A DNA stretch of 64,000 nt from the IMG/VR virus record IMGVR_UViG_3300020404_000006; one strand, 5' to 3'. The position numbers and the translations under genes were made by a program. Numbering within the stretch: the first letter of the stretch is position 1; each line of letters opens with the position of its first letter. The notes below the pieces were generated by a model. The model was not told the origin of the DNA. It searched no databases and saw only the letters and a list, made by a program, of their open reading frames with translations. Below are positions 43,920 through 53,862 of the stretch, one piece after another. The DNA is from a virus.

Positions 43920-44729
43920 TCAAGCTCCCTGTCCTTTGTTTCTAGGATCACCACCAGCAATCCTACCTAGATAAGGATCAAAGTCGGATAACATATCAAT
44001 AGTGATGTCCCCACCCCTTGTAGTCCAGAGTTCTCTGAGACCATCGTGACTCCCCCTATGGAAGATCTCAATGTGTTCTTCATGGATTGAGGAACCTAGT
44101 TCGATCTTGTATAGGAAGACAGGACAGGCATAAGATGCACCTGAGTTGTAGATCAGGTCATCAGCGACAGGTCTAGGTTTCACGCCATTGTCGAGTTTAT
44201 ATTTCTCTCCTCTGACATGAAGTTTCAATAGTTTCTCAGCATGATGTCTAGTTATGACATAACATGCAGTAGAAAAGTCATTAATAAATCTACGATGAAC
44301 CTGTACATGTAGTTCGCCAGGGCAGATCACTGCAACTTGAACTGTGTCCCAGTCGTATGGCATCCTAGAGATGAATTGTCTCCATGTGAATGTCCAGAAC
44401 TGTGCGATACTAATGTCACAATCATCTTCCATGATGATTGCGTATGGTTCATCAGTCTCCTCAACAAAATGTTTGAGTGCCTTGAGGTGAGAAGTCACAC
44501 AACCAATCTCACCAGGCGTAATACTGTCAGGATACTTACCAACCAAGATCTCACTCAGGTCGTCACCTGTGGAAGGTCTACCATCATATGCAGAGATACG
44601 AGTGTAGTTTTCAATCTCCCATTCTTTGAGTTGTTCTTCCATCCACTTCATCCTCTCTGGTTGTTCATCCAGATTAATGATGTAAAGCGGACCGAATCCT
44701 CTAAGTTTGTATGCAGATTTATTTGACAT
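43920..44729 (-). CDS. Glycosyltransferase family 25
   Basis: YIINLD...R, GEIGCVTSHLKAL, IMEDD, STACYVI. Confidence 0.85.
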   Translation of the reverse strand: MSNKSAYKLRGFGPLYIINLDEQPERMKWMEEQLKEWEIENYTRISAYDGRPSTGDDLSEILVGKYPDSITPGEIGCVTSHLKALKHFVEETDEPYAIIMEDDCDISIAQFWTFTWRQFISRMPYDWDTVQVAVICPGELHVQVHRRFINDFSTACYVITRHHAEKLLKLHVRGEKYKLDNGVKPRPVADDLIYNSGASYACPVFLYKIELGSSIHEEHIEIFHRGSHDGLRELWTTRGGDITIDMLSDFDPYLGRIAGGDPRNKGQGA

Positions 44730-45225
44730 CGAAAAAGAATGTTTGTGTGAGTCTACTTGTTTCTAGCGTGTTGCCAAAACCAGGCAGAATACTTCTATGA
44801 TACAACACTTTGCCACGATACGCAACCAGTCTATTGTAAATATTTCCTACACCGATATTCATATCAGTGTCGGGCGACTCATAGATACCAGTTCCAGAAT
44901 CAAGAATAGGATCGGGAGTCAGATATAATACTGCTGCCCACTCTCCTTGATTTTCTCCCTGACTATCAACATGAACCCAAGTTTCTGTTCCTTCTTGGCA
45001 TGATTGAAAACAAAAAGTGTCCTGTGTCCAATCCCATACAATCTCTCCTCCGAGAGCAGTCTTTAGTTTAGTCTCTACTTCTTTTTGTAGATCCCCACCT
45101 AACCTATGAGACCTTACACCAGGCACAGATTTTTGAATCCTATCAAAATCTAAGGATAAGGCATGAAACCTTATCCTGTCTGGGTCATCTAAAAAATTAT
45201 CTATTACAATTAAATTACGATCCAT
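44719..45225 (-). CDS. DUF6445-like oxygenase-fold protein
   Basis: IVIDNFLDDPD...PGVRS...WVHVD...AAVLYL.P...YNRLVAY...HRS...RLTQTFF. Confidence 0.7.
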   Translation of the reverse strand: MDRNLIVIDNFLDDPDRIRFHALSLDFDRIQKSVPGVRSHRLGGDLQKEVETKLKTALGGEIVWDWTQDTFCFQSCQEGTETWVHVDSQGENQGEWAAVLYLTPDPILDSGTGIYESPDTDMNIGVGNIYNRLVAYRGKVLYHRSILPGFGNTLETSRLTQTFFFDVK

Positions 45226-46067
45226 CCGTCACAATATAAGTCCTTAAGATTTTTGTCTTTATAATCTGGACCGAACCATTGTTTAGGTGCTACGACTTTT
45301 CCTCTACCATTTTGTAACCATGCACCCCACCATGATAGGGATGAGTTAGCAATGATTGCACCAGAACATAAACTCATGATGCAGAGATCAACGAATGGTT
45401 CATAAGATCCATCGGGATATTTGTCTGTTGGTTCTGATACAAGGAATCTATCATCAGCAAAGAACTCCTGTTCGTTTACCCACTCAGGAGAGTCTGAACA
45501 AACTACTATGGGTTGATCCTCTGGAAACTCCTTGAGTGCCTTCTCATAGTATTCTACAGGTTGTGGTGGATGTTGACCAGAACATTCGGTGTAAGACCAT
45601 TTAAACCCTCTGGCATCTACTAGATTAGGATCTCCTCTCCTTACATGTAAGAACAATGGAACCTGATCTAATGAATCTACCATTTCCTTACAAGGTCCTA
45701 GAATAGAATCATGGAAAGTAAAATCTCTCCTGATATCTTGTTCTATATTTTTGAAATATTTTTCTGTCTGAAAGAATCCAAATAAACTTACATCATTGGG
45801 GCACATTCTATGGAGTTCTTCATCAAACTCAAAATGTTTTTCGATTACTACAGGAGCGTGACCTCTATCAAGAACTGCAAGATTACTTCTTCCTACACTC
45901 TCTAATGTAAAGGCTCTGTGTAAACTATAATTATCTACTCTCTTAGATTCAAAAGGTGGAATACCAAATTCATATCCACGCATAGCAGAGATACCCCTAA
46001 CGGCAGCATACTGAAACATTTGATTACCTAGTCTGCCTAGGTTACCCATTTGATTAAAGGCTAGCAT
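45210..46067 (-). CDS. GT11 alpha-1,2-fucosyltransferase-like protein
   Basis: GRLGNQMFQYA, HVRRGD, YYEKA, IIANSSLSWWGAWL. Confidence 0.9.
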   Translation of the reverse strand: MLAFNQMGNLGRLGNQMFQYAAVRGISAMRGYEFGIPPFESKRVDNYSLHRAFTLESVGRSNLAVLDRGHAPVVIEKHFEFDEELHRMCPNDVSLFGFFQTEKYFKNIEQDIRRDFTFHDSILGPCKEMVDSLDQVPLFLHVRRGDPNLVDARGFKWSYTECSGQHPPQPVEYYEKALKEFPEDQPIVVCSDSPEWVNEQEFFADDRFLVSEPTDKYPDGSYEPFVDLCIMSLCSGAIIANSSLSWWGAWLQNGRGKVVAPKQWFGPDYKDKNLKDLYCDGWIVI

Positions 46068-46890
46068 TTAGTTCGTTCCCCCTGCGTTTGATGTAGTCTA
46101 ACTTTGCATAGTATTGTGTCAAAGACTCTTTATCTTGAGTCCTAATCCAGTTCCACAATCTATCGTTATCTTGAAACTTAGGATTGTGATAATGTGAATT
46201 GAATGTTCTGCCATGTTCAAAGTGATAGATGTCATCAATGACTCTGCCAACTTTAAATCCAAAACAATTTAGTCGGTAATAAAACTCACAATCTTCTGCT
46301 CCCCATGATATGAATTCTTCATTCCATAGTCCAGCAGATACTTCTGCGGTTTTGGTTATCATTTGACCCCATCCAATAGATGATGGAATCCTAACTTTGT
46401 GATCCTTGAGAACTTCAAAGTCAGCATCGTTACCATCATGTGATGATAAAAACTTATCCAATAGTTGATCGGAGTAAGTTACTGCCCACTGGTAGATACC
46501 ACATCCAAAAGGATAGACAGCATCGGATCCTTCCTGTGTGATGGCACGGTGAGCAAGTTGATGTGAGTTCTTTAGGACAACAACATCCACATCATGATTG
46601 TATAGAATAGGAGTATCAGCGGCAACGCATAGGTCATTTAGTATTCTTGTTTTATGAAAAAACTTCTCTGAACTTTGTTCAAAGATATGTTTCAGTTGTG
46701 AAGTATCTCCCACATAACTTTTGATGCGAGGCAAAGCACTCTCACTGAAGTGTGATTGCGTGTCTACTTCTTTTACAATAACTTTTGCTTCGGGAAAGCA
46801 TTTCATTATGTAAGTAATGGAGGTGATTACATTTCGTAGTCTGTCCTCCGTCTCTATCCTACATGGCAGTAGGTAGGTTATATCTTTCAT
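46054..46890 (-). CDS. GT2/GT7-like glycosyltransferase
   Basis: HDVD (DxD), GLWNEEFISWGAEDCEF..R, YHFEH. Confidence 0.75.
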   Translation of the reverse strand: MKDITYLLPCRIETEDRLRNVITSITYIMKCFPEAKVIVKEVDTQSHFSESALPRIKSYVGDTSQLKHIFEQSSEKFFHKTRILNDLCVAADTPILYNHDVDVVVLKNSHQLAHRAITQEGSDAVYPFGCGIYQWAVTYSDQLLDKFLSSHDGNDADFEVLKDHKVRIPSSIGWGQMITKTAEVSAGLWNEEFISWGAEDCEFYYRLNCFGFKVGRVIDDIYHFEHGRTFNSHYHNPKFQDNDRLWNWIRTQDKESLTQYYAKLDYIKRRGNELNASL

Positions 46891-47817
46891 TTATTCAGGC
46901 TCAATGTAAGAGGGATCATTGTGTAATTTAATCCAACGTGGGGGAATCAAATCGCTCATGTCATACATGTCATACTTAATTCCAAACCAAGGATCAGGAG
47001 CAACAACTTGCCAGTGTCTTTGGATAGAGTTTTTACCCATCTTATCTCCACCTTTCTGCAACCATGCACCCCACCATGATAGAGATGAGTTGGCGATAAT
47101 ACCACCACCGCATAGTGTCATAAGACAGAGATCAATATAAGGAACAGATGCACCATCTCCAAACTCCTCATAAGAGGCATCAGAGAATAGGAATCTATCT
47201 CCCTGTAACCAATCCTGTTTCTTACACCAATCAATAGTGTCAGAAACTACAATAACATTTTTATCTTCTGGAAACTTTGATAGTGCCTCAATATAATATT
47301 CTTTCTTACAAATAGGATGATACTCTTGCACCATCTGATAAGACCATTTCTCTCCTCTTCTGCCTGTCACATTAGGATTACCTCTGCGAACATGTAGGAA
47401 GATATTATTATCTTGTCCACCGTTCTCTTCAATAAACTCTGTACAGGGTTCTAGATATTCTTTCTTAAATGTAAAGTCATGTCTAATATCAGCAGAGATA
47501 CTTTCAAAGTATAATTCTGTTTGAAAATTACCAGAGAAATTAGTATCGTCTTCAGCCCAATCCCATATCTCTTTATTGAACTTCATGTCTCTATAGACTT
47601 TCTGTTTATGGAAGAATGGTTCTCCCTGATTTTGTGGGAGGCAACCATACAATTCAAACGCATCGAACAAACCATAGTTGTCAAGTCTATCTGCATCAGG
47701 GCCTGGGATGACCCAATCATATTCTTTATGTGCAGCAAGTCCTCTTACAAAAGCATACTGGAACATTTGATTTCCTAGTCTACCTTCGTTTCCTAATCCT
47801 TGAAATGAAATTGCCAT
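46891..47817 (-). CDS. GT11 alpha-1,2-fucosyltransferase-like protein
   Basis: GRLGNQMFQYA, HVRRGN, IIANSSLSWWGAWL. Confidence 0.9.
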   Translation of the reverse strand: MAISFQGLGNEGRLGNQMFQYAFVRGLAAHKEYDWVIPGPDADRLDNYGLFDAFELYGCLPQNQGEPFFHKQKVYRDMKFNKEIWDWAEDDTNFSGNFQTELYFESISADIRHDFTFKKEYLEPCTEFIEENGGQDNNIFLHVRRGNPNVTGRRGEKWSYQMVQEYHPICKKEYYIEALSKFPEDKNVIVVSDTIDWCKKQDWLQGDRFLFSDASYEEFGDGASVPYIDLCLMTLCGGGIIANSSLSWWGAWLQKGGDKMGKNSIQRHWQVVAPDPWFGIKYDMYDMSDLIPPRWIKLHNDPSYIEPE

Positions 47818-48677
47818 TATTTACTCCAATAGTGTGTCTGCCAACGGGCAGGAACCATCATACTTGTATCCAAGTGTGACATGGAAGAACCATACCACTT
47901 CTCTGGGTCGGGGGCGATGACTTTACCCCTATCTCCTTGCAACCATGCACCCCACCAACTGAATGAACTGTTGGCGATGATGGCACCAGAACAAAGACTC
48001 ATCAAACATAGATCAACCTGAGGCAGAAGAGTGTTCTGCATCTGGCCTGTGCCATCGATAGTTTGATATTCATATCTCTCAGGATTATCATTAAAGATAA
48101 ACCTATCGTTGTCAAAGAATGATTGATTCTTACACCAATCTAAATCATCTGTGAATACAAAACATGGAGTATCAGGACTCCAAAATTCTAGCGCAGTTTT
48201 AAAAAATGTAAGCGGGAGGATGGGGTGGAATTCCTCTCTTCCAATATTATCGGACTGACGAATGTGCAGAAAAATAGGAGGGCTATCCAAAGACCTGATG
48301 TAATCAGTACAAGGTTCGAGAACATCTTTTTTAAATGTGAAGTCTTCACGGATCTGATCTGCAATGTGTACAAAGTAATCTTCTGTTTGTAGATAGGCAT
48401 CTATGTTGACACCATCTGTACAGTAAAATAAACTCTCATCAAAAGCATGTGTAGATTCTTTGACTGTCATGCCATCATTGAACCCAAGATTCTCAGGTTG
48501 TACATGCTTCATTTCAAATGTATCAAACAATCCATAATTATCTTTATGGTTACAATCAGGTGGCGGAATCATCCACTGATACTGATTGTAATTTGCGATT
48601 CCTCTGAGTGAGGCATACTGAAACATTTGGTTTCCAAGTCTACCATTACTACCGAGGCGATTATAACTAATCGTCAA
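47817..48677 (-). CDS. GT11 alpha-1,2-fucosyltransferase-like protein
   Basis: GRLGNQMFQYA, HIRQSD variant, IIANSSFSWWGAWL. Confidence 0.88.
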   Translation of the reverse strand: MTISYNRLGSNGRLGNQMFQYASLRGIANYNQYQWMIPPPDCNHKDNYGLFDTFEMKHVQPENLGFNDGMTVKESTHAFDESLFYCTDGVNIDAYLQTEDYFVHIADQIREDFTFKKDVLEPCTDYIRSLDSPPIFLHIRQSDNIGREEFHPILPLTFFKTALEFWSPDTPCFVFTDDLDWCKNQSFFDNDRFIFNDNPERYEYQTIDGTGQMQNTLLPQVDLCLMSLCSGAIIANSSFSWWGAWLQGDRGKVIAPDPEKWYGSSMSHLDTSMMVPARWQTHYWSK

Positions 48678-49825
48678 AGGTCAATCCTCCATGTCTTCTC
48701 ATGTATTTCATTATGGTTCTTGACAAAGATAATATTATCTCCATAATCTTCTTCGAGTTCTTCGCCATACTCATCTACGACATCATCAATCTCTTGCACA
48801 TATACTGTGTGACCATCCTTCAATAGATCTTCTACGAGTCTAAGTCGTGGACTTTCAACTACCAGATCACATCCTACCTTGTAACCAATACTATCAATGA
48901 AAAAAGCAAGACCTTCTGTATTGCACTCTACACAGTAGTTCTTAATGAACTCTGCATGTGCTTCATTAAAATCATCAGTCACTTGAGGAAGACTATACTT
49001 AAGACCAACCTTATCAGCATAGTATCCTAAAGCACGGTTGTCACGGGGCAAGCAAGGACCTCCGAAACCCAAACCATAGTTCAAATATTTAGACCCAATT
49101 CTGCTGTCCGCTCCAATGGATGACAGGATCTTTTCAATCTCCTTACCACACCCAGAGTTGTATAGAATCTGACCCATCATGTTAGCATAACTGATCTTGT
49201 ATGTAAGGAAACAGTTGATACCAATCTTAGTGATCTCTGCAGCAGTATTAGACATGGGATAGAAGTTTACCTCTCTCTCCATGAATGAAAGATAGATTGA
49301 TTTGATAAGTTCAAATCCTTCCTCATCATTGCCACCACACAGAATCATATCTGCATTTTTCATGTCTCTGATGATTGTTCCTTGTGCAACAAACTCAGGA
49401 CTATAGAATACACTTATACCTCTTCCTTCTAATTTCTTATCTACCCTATCTACAAAGCCTGGATTGGTTGTGCATCCGACAATAAATTTCTTTCCTTCCA
49501 AGTTGGGAGACCTGAGAAGATCACACACAACATCATCAACTAAACTACAATCATAACTGCCATCATCTAGAGAGGGAGTAGGAACAAAAGTAAAGATAAC
49601 GTCAGAGGATTTAATAACATCTTGATTGTTGGTACTCGCTCTTAGTTTCTTAGATCGAAGCAAAAGATCTTCTACTTCTGGTTCGTTACTATAAAGTTCT
49701 TTAGCATTAAGTTTACTGACATAACTTTGTTGTATGTCAGAAACGAATACATCATGACCAGCGGACTCAGCAAGAAGGGCAAAGCAAATGCCAAGTCTCC
49801 CTGCACCGATAACACCGATTTTCAT
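48674..49825 (-). CDS. UDP-glucose/GDP-mannose 6-dehydrogenase family
   Basis: GVIGAGRLG, VPTP, SPEF, AEITK, GFGGPCLPRD. Confidence 0.9.
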   Translation of the reverse strand: MKIGVIGAGRLGICFALLAESAGHDVFVSDIQQSYVSKLNAKELYSNEPEVEDLLLRSKKLRASTNNQDVIKSSDVIFTFVPTPSLDDGSYDCSLVDDVVCDLLRSPNLEGKKFIVGCTTNPGFVDRVDKKLEGRGISVFYSPEFVAQGTIIRDMKNADMILCGGNDEEGFELIKSIYLSFMEREVNFYPMSNTAAEITKIGINCFLTYKISYANMMGQILYNSGCGKEIEKILSSIGADSRIGSKYLNYGLGFGGPCLPRDNRALGYYADKVGLKYSLPQVTDDFNEAHAEFIKNYCVECNTEGLAFFIDSIGYKVGCDLVVESPRLRLVEDLLKDGHTVYVQEIDDVVDEYGEELEEDYGDNIIFVKNHNEIHEKTWRIDL

Positions 49826-49832
49826 TTTGAAA

Positions 49833-50594
49833 TTAAACCTCTAATTTATACGTTGGGATAGGATCCATTTTGTGTTTGTTTTGTGCATTAAATTTGTTCA
49901 AGATCTCTAAGGCAGGACCTGCACCAGTTTCCATTGCCTCTTCTAGTTGTTCGTATGAAGCGCCAATCTGGTCTTCATCGTTTCTACCATCCTCCCACAG
50001 TCCATCTGTAGGAGTTGCATTGATGATCTCAGGGATCACTCCGAGTTCTCTTCCGAGTCGTCTGACTTCGGACTTGTAAAGGTCCGCAATCGGAGCAATG
50101 TCAACCCCACCATCACCATACTTAGTATAAAAACCGACTCCATAATCTTCTACCTTGTTACCTGTACCTACTACGATACCTCCTACATTTGCAGCGACAT
50201 GATATAGTGTCACCATGCGGAGGCGTGATTTTGTATTGGCTTTCGCCAATGGATTTCCAGTATACTCCATACCAAACTCATTTGTCAAATCCGACATTAA
50301 CTTGGCGTAACTTTCGGAAAGATCTGCCTTGAGATGTTTTACATTGGTATAGTTTTTTGCCAACCAAAACATGTGTGCATCAGAGAGTGTCTCCTGATCT
50401 TTCTTTTGATTCAGTGGCATACCAATAACGAAAGTTGGTAATCCTGTTCTTGCAGCAAGGGTAGAAGCAACGGCAGAATCAATTCCACCAGAAACTCCTA
50501 CCACAAAACTGGTCACATGATTATCATGTGCATACTTACACAACCACCCAACCATATCAATAGTCAGTGTTTTGTAATCTTCAATTCGATTCAT
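49833..50594 (-). CDS. nadE: NH3-dependent NAD+ synthetase
   Basis: VGVSGGIDSA, ANTKSRLRM, GTGNKVED..VGFYTKYGDG, PIADLYKSEV, PTDGLW. Confidence 0.93.
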   Translation of the reverse strand: MNRIEDYKTLTIDMVGWLCKYAHDNHVTSFVVGVSGGIDSAVASTLAARTGLPTFVIGMPLNQKKDQETLSDAHMFWLAKNYTNVKHLKADLSESYAKLMSDLTNEFGMEYTGNPLAKANTKSRLRMVTLYHVAANVGGIVVGTGNKVEDYGVGFYTKYGDGGVDIAPIADLYKSEVRRLGRELGVIPEIINATPTDGLWEDGRNDEDQIGASYEQLEEAMETGAGPALEILNKFNAQNKHKMDPIPTYKLEV

Positions 50595-51403
50595 TTTCTA
50601 GTTGCTAGAATGACAGTGTTTTCATAATCACGACCTGTATCAAAGGTGTAATCTTTTTTGATCTTCTCAATGAAATCATTATAATAGAATTCATTAAAGT
50701 TGACAAGGTTGTATATCATATAAACATATTTTGAATTCGTGATAATCTTATCGTAATATGCCATCTGTGTAGGCAGATCACATTCAGATAGAGCATAGTT
50801 ACTAATGAAAAGATCTACATCTTTGATCTCTTCGTACTCTGTACACGGAATACATGTTACCTTATCTTTTAGATCTTCAAACTGATCTAGATATTTTCTT
50901 TGCAAGGCAGATACCTCTGGTAAATCAATGAGAATGTATTGATCAAACTCACACACTTTACTCAAGACTCTACAGAGTCCACCATATCCACCACCTACTT
51001 CTACAATCTTACTAACAGGAGCACCATCAAGTAAGAATCCACACTCAAAAGTATTCTTCATATACCTGAGAGTTGTAGGAGATATCGTACCTGTCATGCC
51101 TGGGTAAGGATACAATTCTGGATTACCAATCTTGTCATTCTCTTTAAATGCTTCGATGTTATCCCATACAGCATCCTCATTCATATCCTTACAGATGTTT
51201 AGGTATGCTTGTCCTTGATCCTTAAGTACATGTTCTAGGATAGTCTTGTACTTTGGATTAGATTTAAAGTTTGCAAAGGCATCATCAGATGCAACTGCTT
51301 CTTTACATGCTTCAAGATACTCTACGGCAATCTGATCTTCTGCTTGCCATCCACTACGGTCATCTGTGACAGTAGTTGCAGATACGTCAATAATTTCACT
51401 CAT
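50591..51403 (-). CDS. Putative sugar O-methyltransferase
   Basis: FANFK, SPTTLRY, IVEVGGGYGG, IDLP, DLFISNYALSE. Confidence 0.75.
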   Translation of the reverse strand: MSEIIDVSATTVTDDRSGWQAEDQIAVEYLEACKEAVASDDAFANFKSNPKYKTILEHVLKDQGQAYLNICKDMNEDAVWDNIEAFKENDKIGNPELYPYPGMTGTISPTTLRYMKNTFECGFLLDGAPVSKIVEVGGGYGGLCRVLSKVCEFDQYILIDLPEVSALQRKYLDQFEDLKDKVTCIPCTEYEEIKDVDLFISNYALSECDLPTQMAYYDKIITNSKYVYMIYNLVNFNEFYYNDFIEKIKKDYTFDTGRDYENTVILATRK

Positions 51404-52377
51404 GATACTCTAGGTTTTTGATGTCTAAGTGGGTCGATTTGTGCAAAATAATTTCCATACATGTAATCCTCTGCGACTCTCATGCACTGAGCAATCTCAA
51501 AGTTTTCTTGTATTACATCTTTCTTGGATTCATAATACTCTGGTGTGAGTTTATCCCAAGGAATATTATCCCAAGGTTTTTTCTCATCTAGGAAAATGAT
51601 ACCTTCTGGATTGAAGTATTGTGCCACTCCAGCAGTACCATAATACACTGGAATAGTTCCACACGCAAAACAATCTGTCAACTTCTCAGTAAAGTAAGTT
51701 GGATAGTTTGCGTTCTCTACTGCAAAGGAGAACATATAATCTCTCAATGCTCTTGACTTTTCTTTTAGTGGTAACTCTTGAGGTAATCCCCAACCAAATA
51801 AATCATCGCCACCTTGTTTTTTATAGTATGATTCTACGACTTTGAGGCGACGTTGATGTCCCACTGTATACCCTTTGTTAGATGCGACCATTGAGACGAG
51901 TTTTGATTTGCGATAGACTGCCCTATCCATGACCCAAGGAGCAGCGTTAGATAAACAATAGAGAAATTTACCATCAGGGCCAGCCTCAGTTGTGAGTCTC
52001 TGATCACAAGTAAAGATACCATCAACACGACTAGCAACAAAATCATAATTCTCCTCTATAAATCTATACTGATCTGGGATAATCTCCCTAGACTCTAACA
52101 ACCAAATAAATTTTGGTTTGTCGCTATCGTCCTCCAAGACTTTTAGTGCCTCTCCATTTACATAGAGATTCACAAGTCCAGTACCATTACGAATCCATCT
52201 AGTATAGACCGACCTATTGTTTGCCGAAGTAGATGGTTCTAATGAATCATTACAATAAAGATTGATAGGAAATTTTGACTCAGGTCCTAGAACAGGAAAG
52301 TCAATTCCTGTAGGACTCTTCTTCGCCTTTTCAACTGCCTCTCTTAGTGCTGCCGCTTCGGCATCATACTTATTCAT
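51400..52377 (-). CDS. GT10-like fucosyltransferase-fold glycosyltransferase
   Basis: YMFSFAVEN..YPTYFTEKLTDCFACGTIPVYYG. Confidence 0.75.
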   Translation of the reverse strand: MNKYDAEAAALREAVEKAKKSPTGIDFPVLGPESKFPINLYCNDSLEPSTSANNRSVYTRWIRNGTGLVNLYVNGEALKVLEDDSDKPKFIWLLESREIIPDQYRFIEENYDFVASRVDGIFTCDQRLTTEAGPDGKFLYCLSNAAPWVMDRAVYRKSKLVSMVASNKGYTVGHQRRLKVVESYYKKQGGDDLFGWGLPQELPLKEKSRALRDYMFSFAVENANYPTYFTEKLTDCFACGTIPVYYGTAGVAQYFNPEGIIFLDEKKPWDNIPWDKLTPEYYESKKDVIQENFEIAQCMRVAEDYMYGNYFAQIDPLRHQKPRVS

Positions 52378-53284
52378 AATCCTTTTTCATCTCCTCAAAT
52401 ACTTTTTTCAAACCTTCTGGGACAGATGTTTTTGGTTTCCAAAACTTCTGGATGAATGGGTCGGGGACGTTCCTAGCATCCTTCTGCACTTCGTCCTTCG
52501 ACTGTGCTGGAGTAATCGTGATCTCCTTGCCAATACCCGAAAATAATGACTTAATTTCAGACGCAATCTCCAACACAGTTGTATAAACACCAGTAGTAAT
52601 ATGAAGTTCATCGTCAGAATGGAGATCATGGTATGTCTCCATAACAGTCTCCAGCGCCTCACAACAGTCTTCCGCATAAAGAAATTCCCTCGCTTCGGTT
52701 CCGTCTGTCATCATATCTATATCACCAGACTCAAACCCTTTACGGATGAAATCTGTAATGACATGTGCCTTGTCCATGTCTTTCTCAATACCATATACAT
52801 TCCAGAACTTGACGATCAATCCACCAAGAGACTTGGTATAAAGTTCGCCAACTCTTTTCAATACACCATAGGGAGAGTAAGACATATTACTCATCTGTGA
52901 TGATGCAAATACAAATGGTTTATTGTGTTTCTCAAGTAGACCAAAGGCATTTGCCATCAATCTTGTATTGTTATCGATGAACTGAAAAGTATGTTGATAC
53001 TTTTTAAGATAGTGTGATCCTCCCACATCAAAGGCAAGGAAGTACACAAAATCTGCCATATAAATTTTGGCTTCAAGTTCACCATTAGGAATGACTGTCA
53101 TGTCCTGTTCACTACCATTAGTGATATCAAACTCAAGGACTTCATTCCCCATACGATTAAGGTAGTCAGTCAGATATGCTCCAACTTGACCACCAGATCC
53201 TAGCACCAATATCTTACGAGCCCTTTGCTCGTAATACATGTCTTCATAATCCATTTTTGTAATAACAACCTCCATCAAAGCCAA
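52370..53284 (-). CDS. NAD-dependent epimerase/dehydratase (start uncertain)
   Basis: ILVLGSGGQVG, FASS, YGVLK (YxxxK), NVYG. Confidence 0.85.
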   Translation of the reverse strand: MALMEVVITKMDYEDMYYEQRARKILVLGSGGQVGAYLTDYLNRMGNEVLEFDITNGSEQDMTVIPNGELEAKIYMADFVYFLAFDVGGSHYLKKYQHTFQFIDNNTRLMANAFGLLEKHNKPFVFASSQMSNMSYSPYGVLKRVGELYTKSLGGLIVKFWNVYGIEKDMDKAHVITDFIRKGFESGDIDMMTDGTEAREFLYAEDCCEALETVMETYHDLHSDDELHITTGVYTTVLEIASEIKSLFSGIGKEITITPAQSKDEVQKDARNVPDPFIQKFWKPKTSVPEGLKKVFEEMKKDYE

Positions 53285-53862
53285 GCAACGGAATGTTTCT
53301 CATCAAAATTGACAAGACCTGTACCACTCATGTGTCCAATCTCAGTGACATTAATTTTAGGGAATGTGATTCTGTTCCAGAAGTCTTCGATCTCAGGCCA
53401 CTGAGGACCGATATCATCGAGAAGAACAATACCAGACCATCCTTTCTCTTCTAGGTATTCAAACATCTCTTCCTCTGCCGTTCCATCATGAGGGTCAACG
53501 TCAATCATTATAATAGAAACGTGATCCCAATTCAAGTCATCAGTTCTAAAGTCTTGAACCTTAAACTCAACATTATCTTTTTTGATTCCTTCGGATGCAC
53601 CCTGCTCAACTAAGTCATAACTAATAACTTTATTCTTATCATTGTAAGATAGTGCAAGGGCAGAACCTCCTGTCCTTGTACCAACATCTAAGATGATAGA
53701 ATCATTGAACTGTGTAGATAACCAAGAATACAATCGGTATTCACTCTGACCAGCAGTGAGCCAATCATTTGGGTTGAGTGATTGTTCTGCAAGATGCGAA
53801 ACATCTAGAGAACGGATTGCATCCTTATCAAGTTTGATATTCTTCTTAGTTACTTTTCGCAT
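53275..53862 (-). CDS. Class I SAM-dependent methyltransferase
   Basis: ILDVGTRTGGSA, IDVDPH, LLDD. Confidence 0.75.
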   Translation of the reverse strand: MRKVTKKNIKLDKDAIRSLDVSHLAEQSLNPNDWLTAGQSEYRLYSWLSTQFNDSIILDVGTRTGGSALALSYNDKNKVISYDLVEQGASEGIKKDNVEFKVQDFRTDDLNWDHVSIIMIDVDPHDGTAEEEMFEYLEEKGWSGIVLLDDIGPQWPEIEDFWNRITFPKINVTEIGHMSGTGLVNFDEKHSVAWL

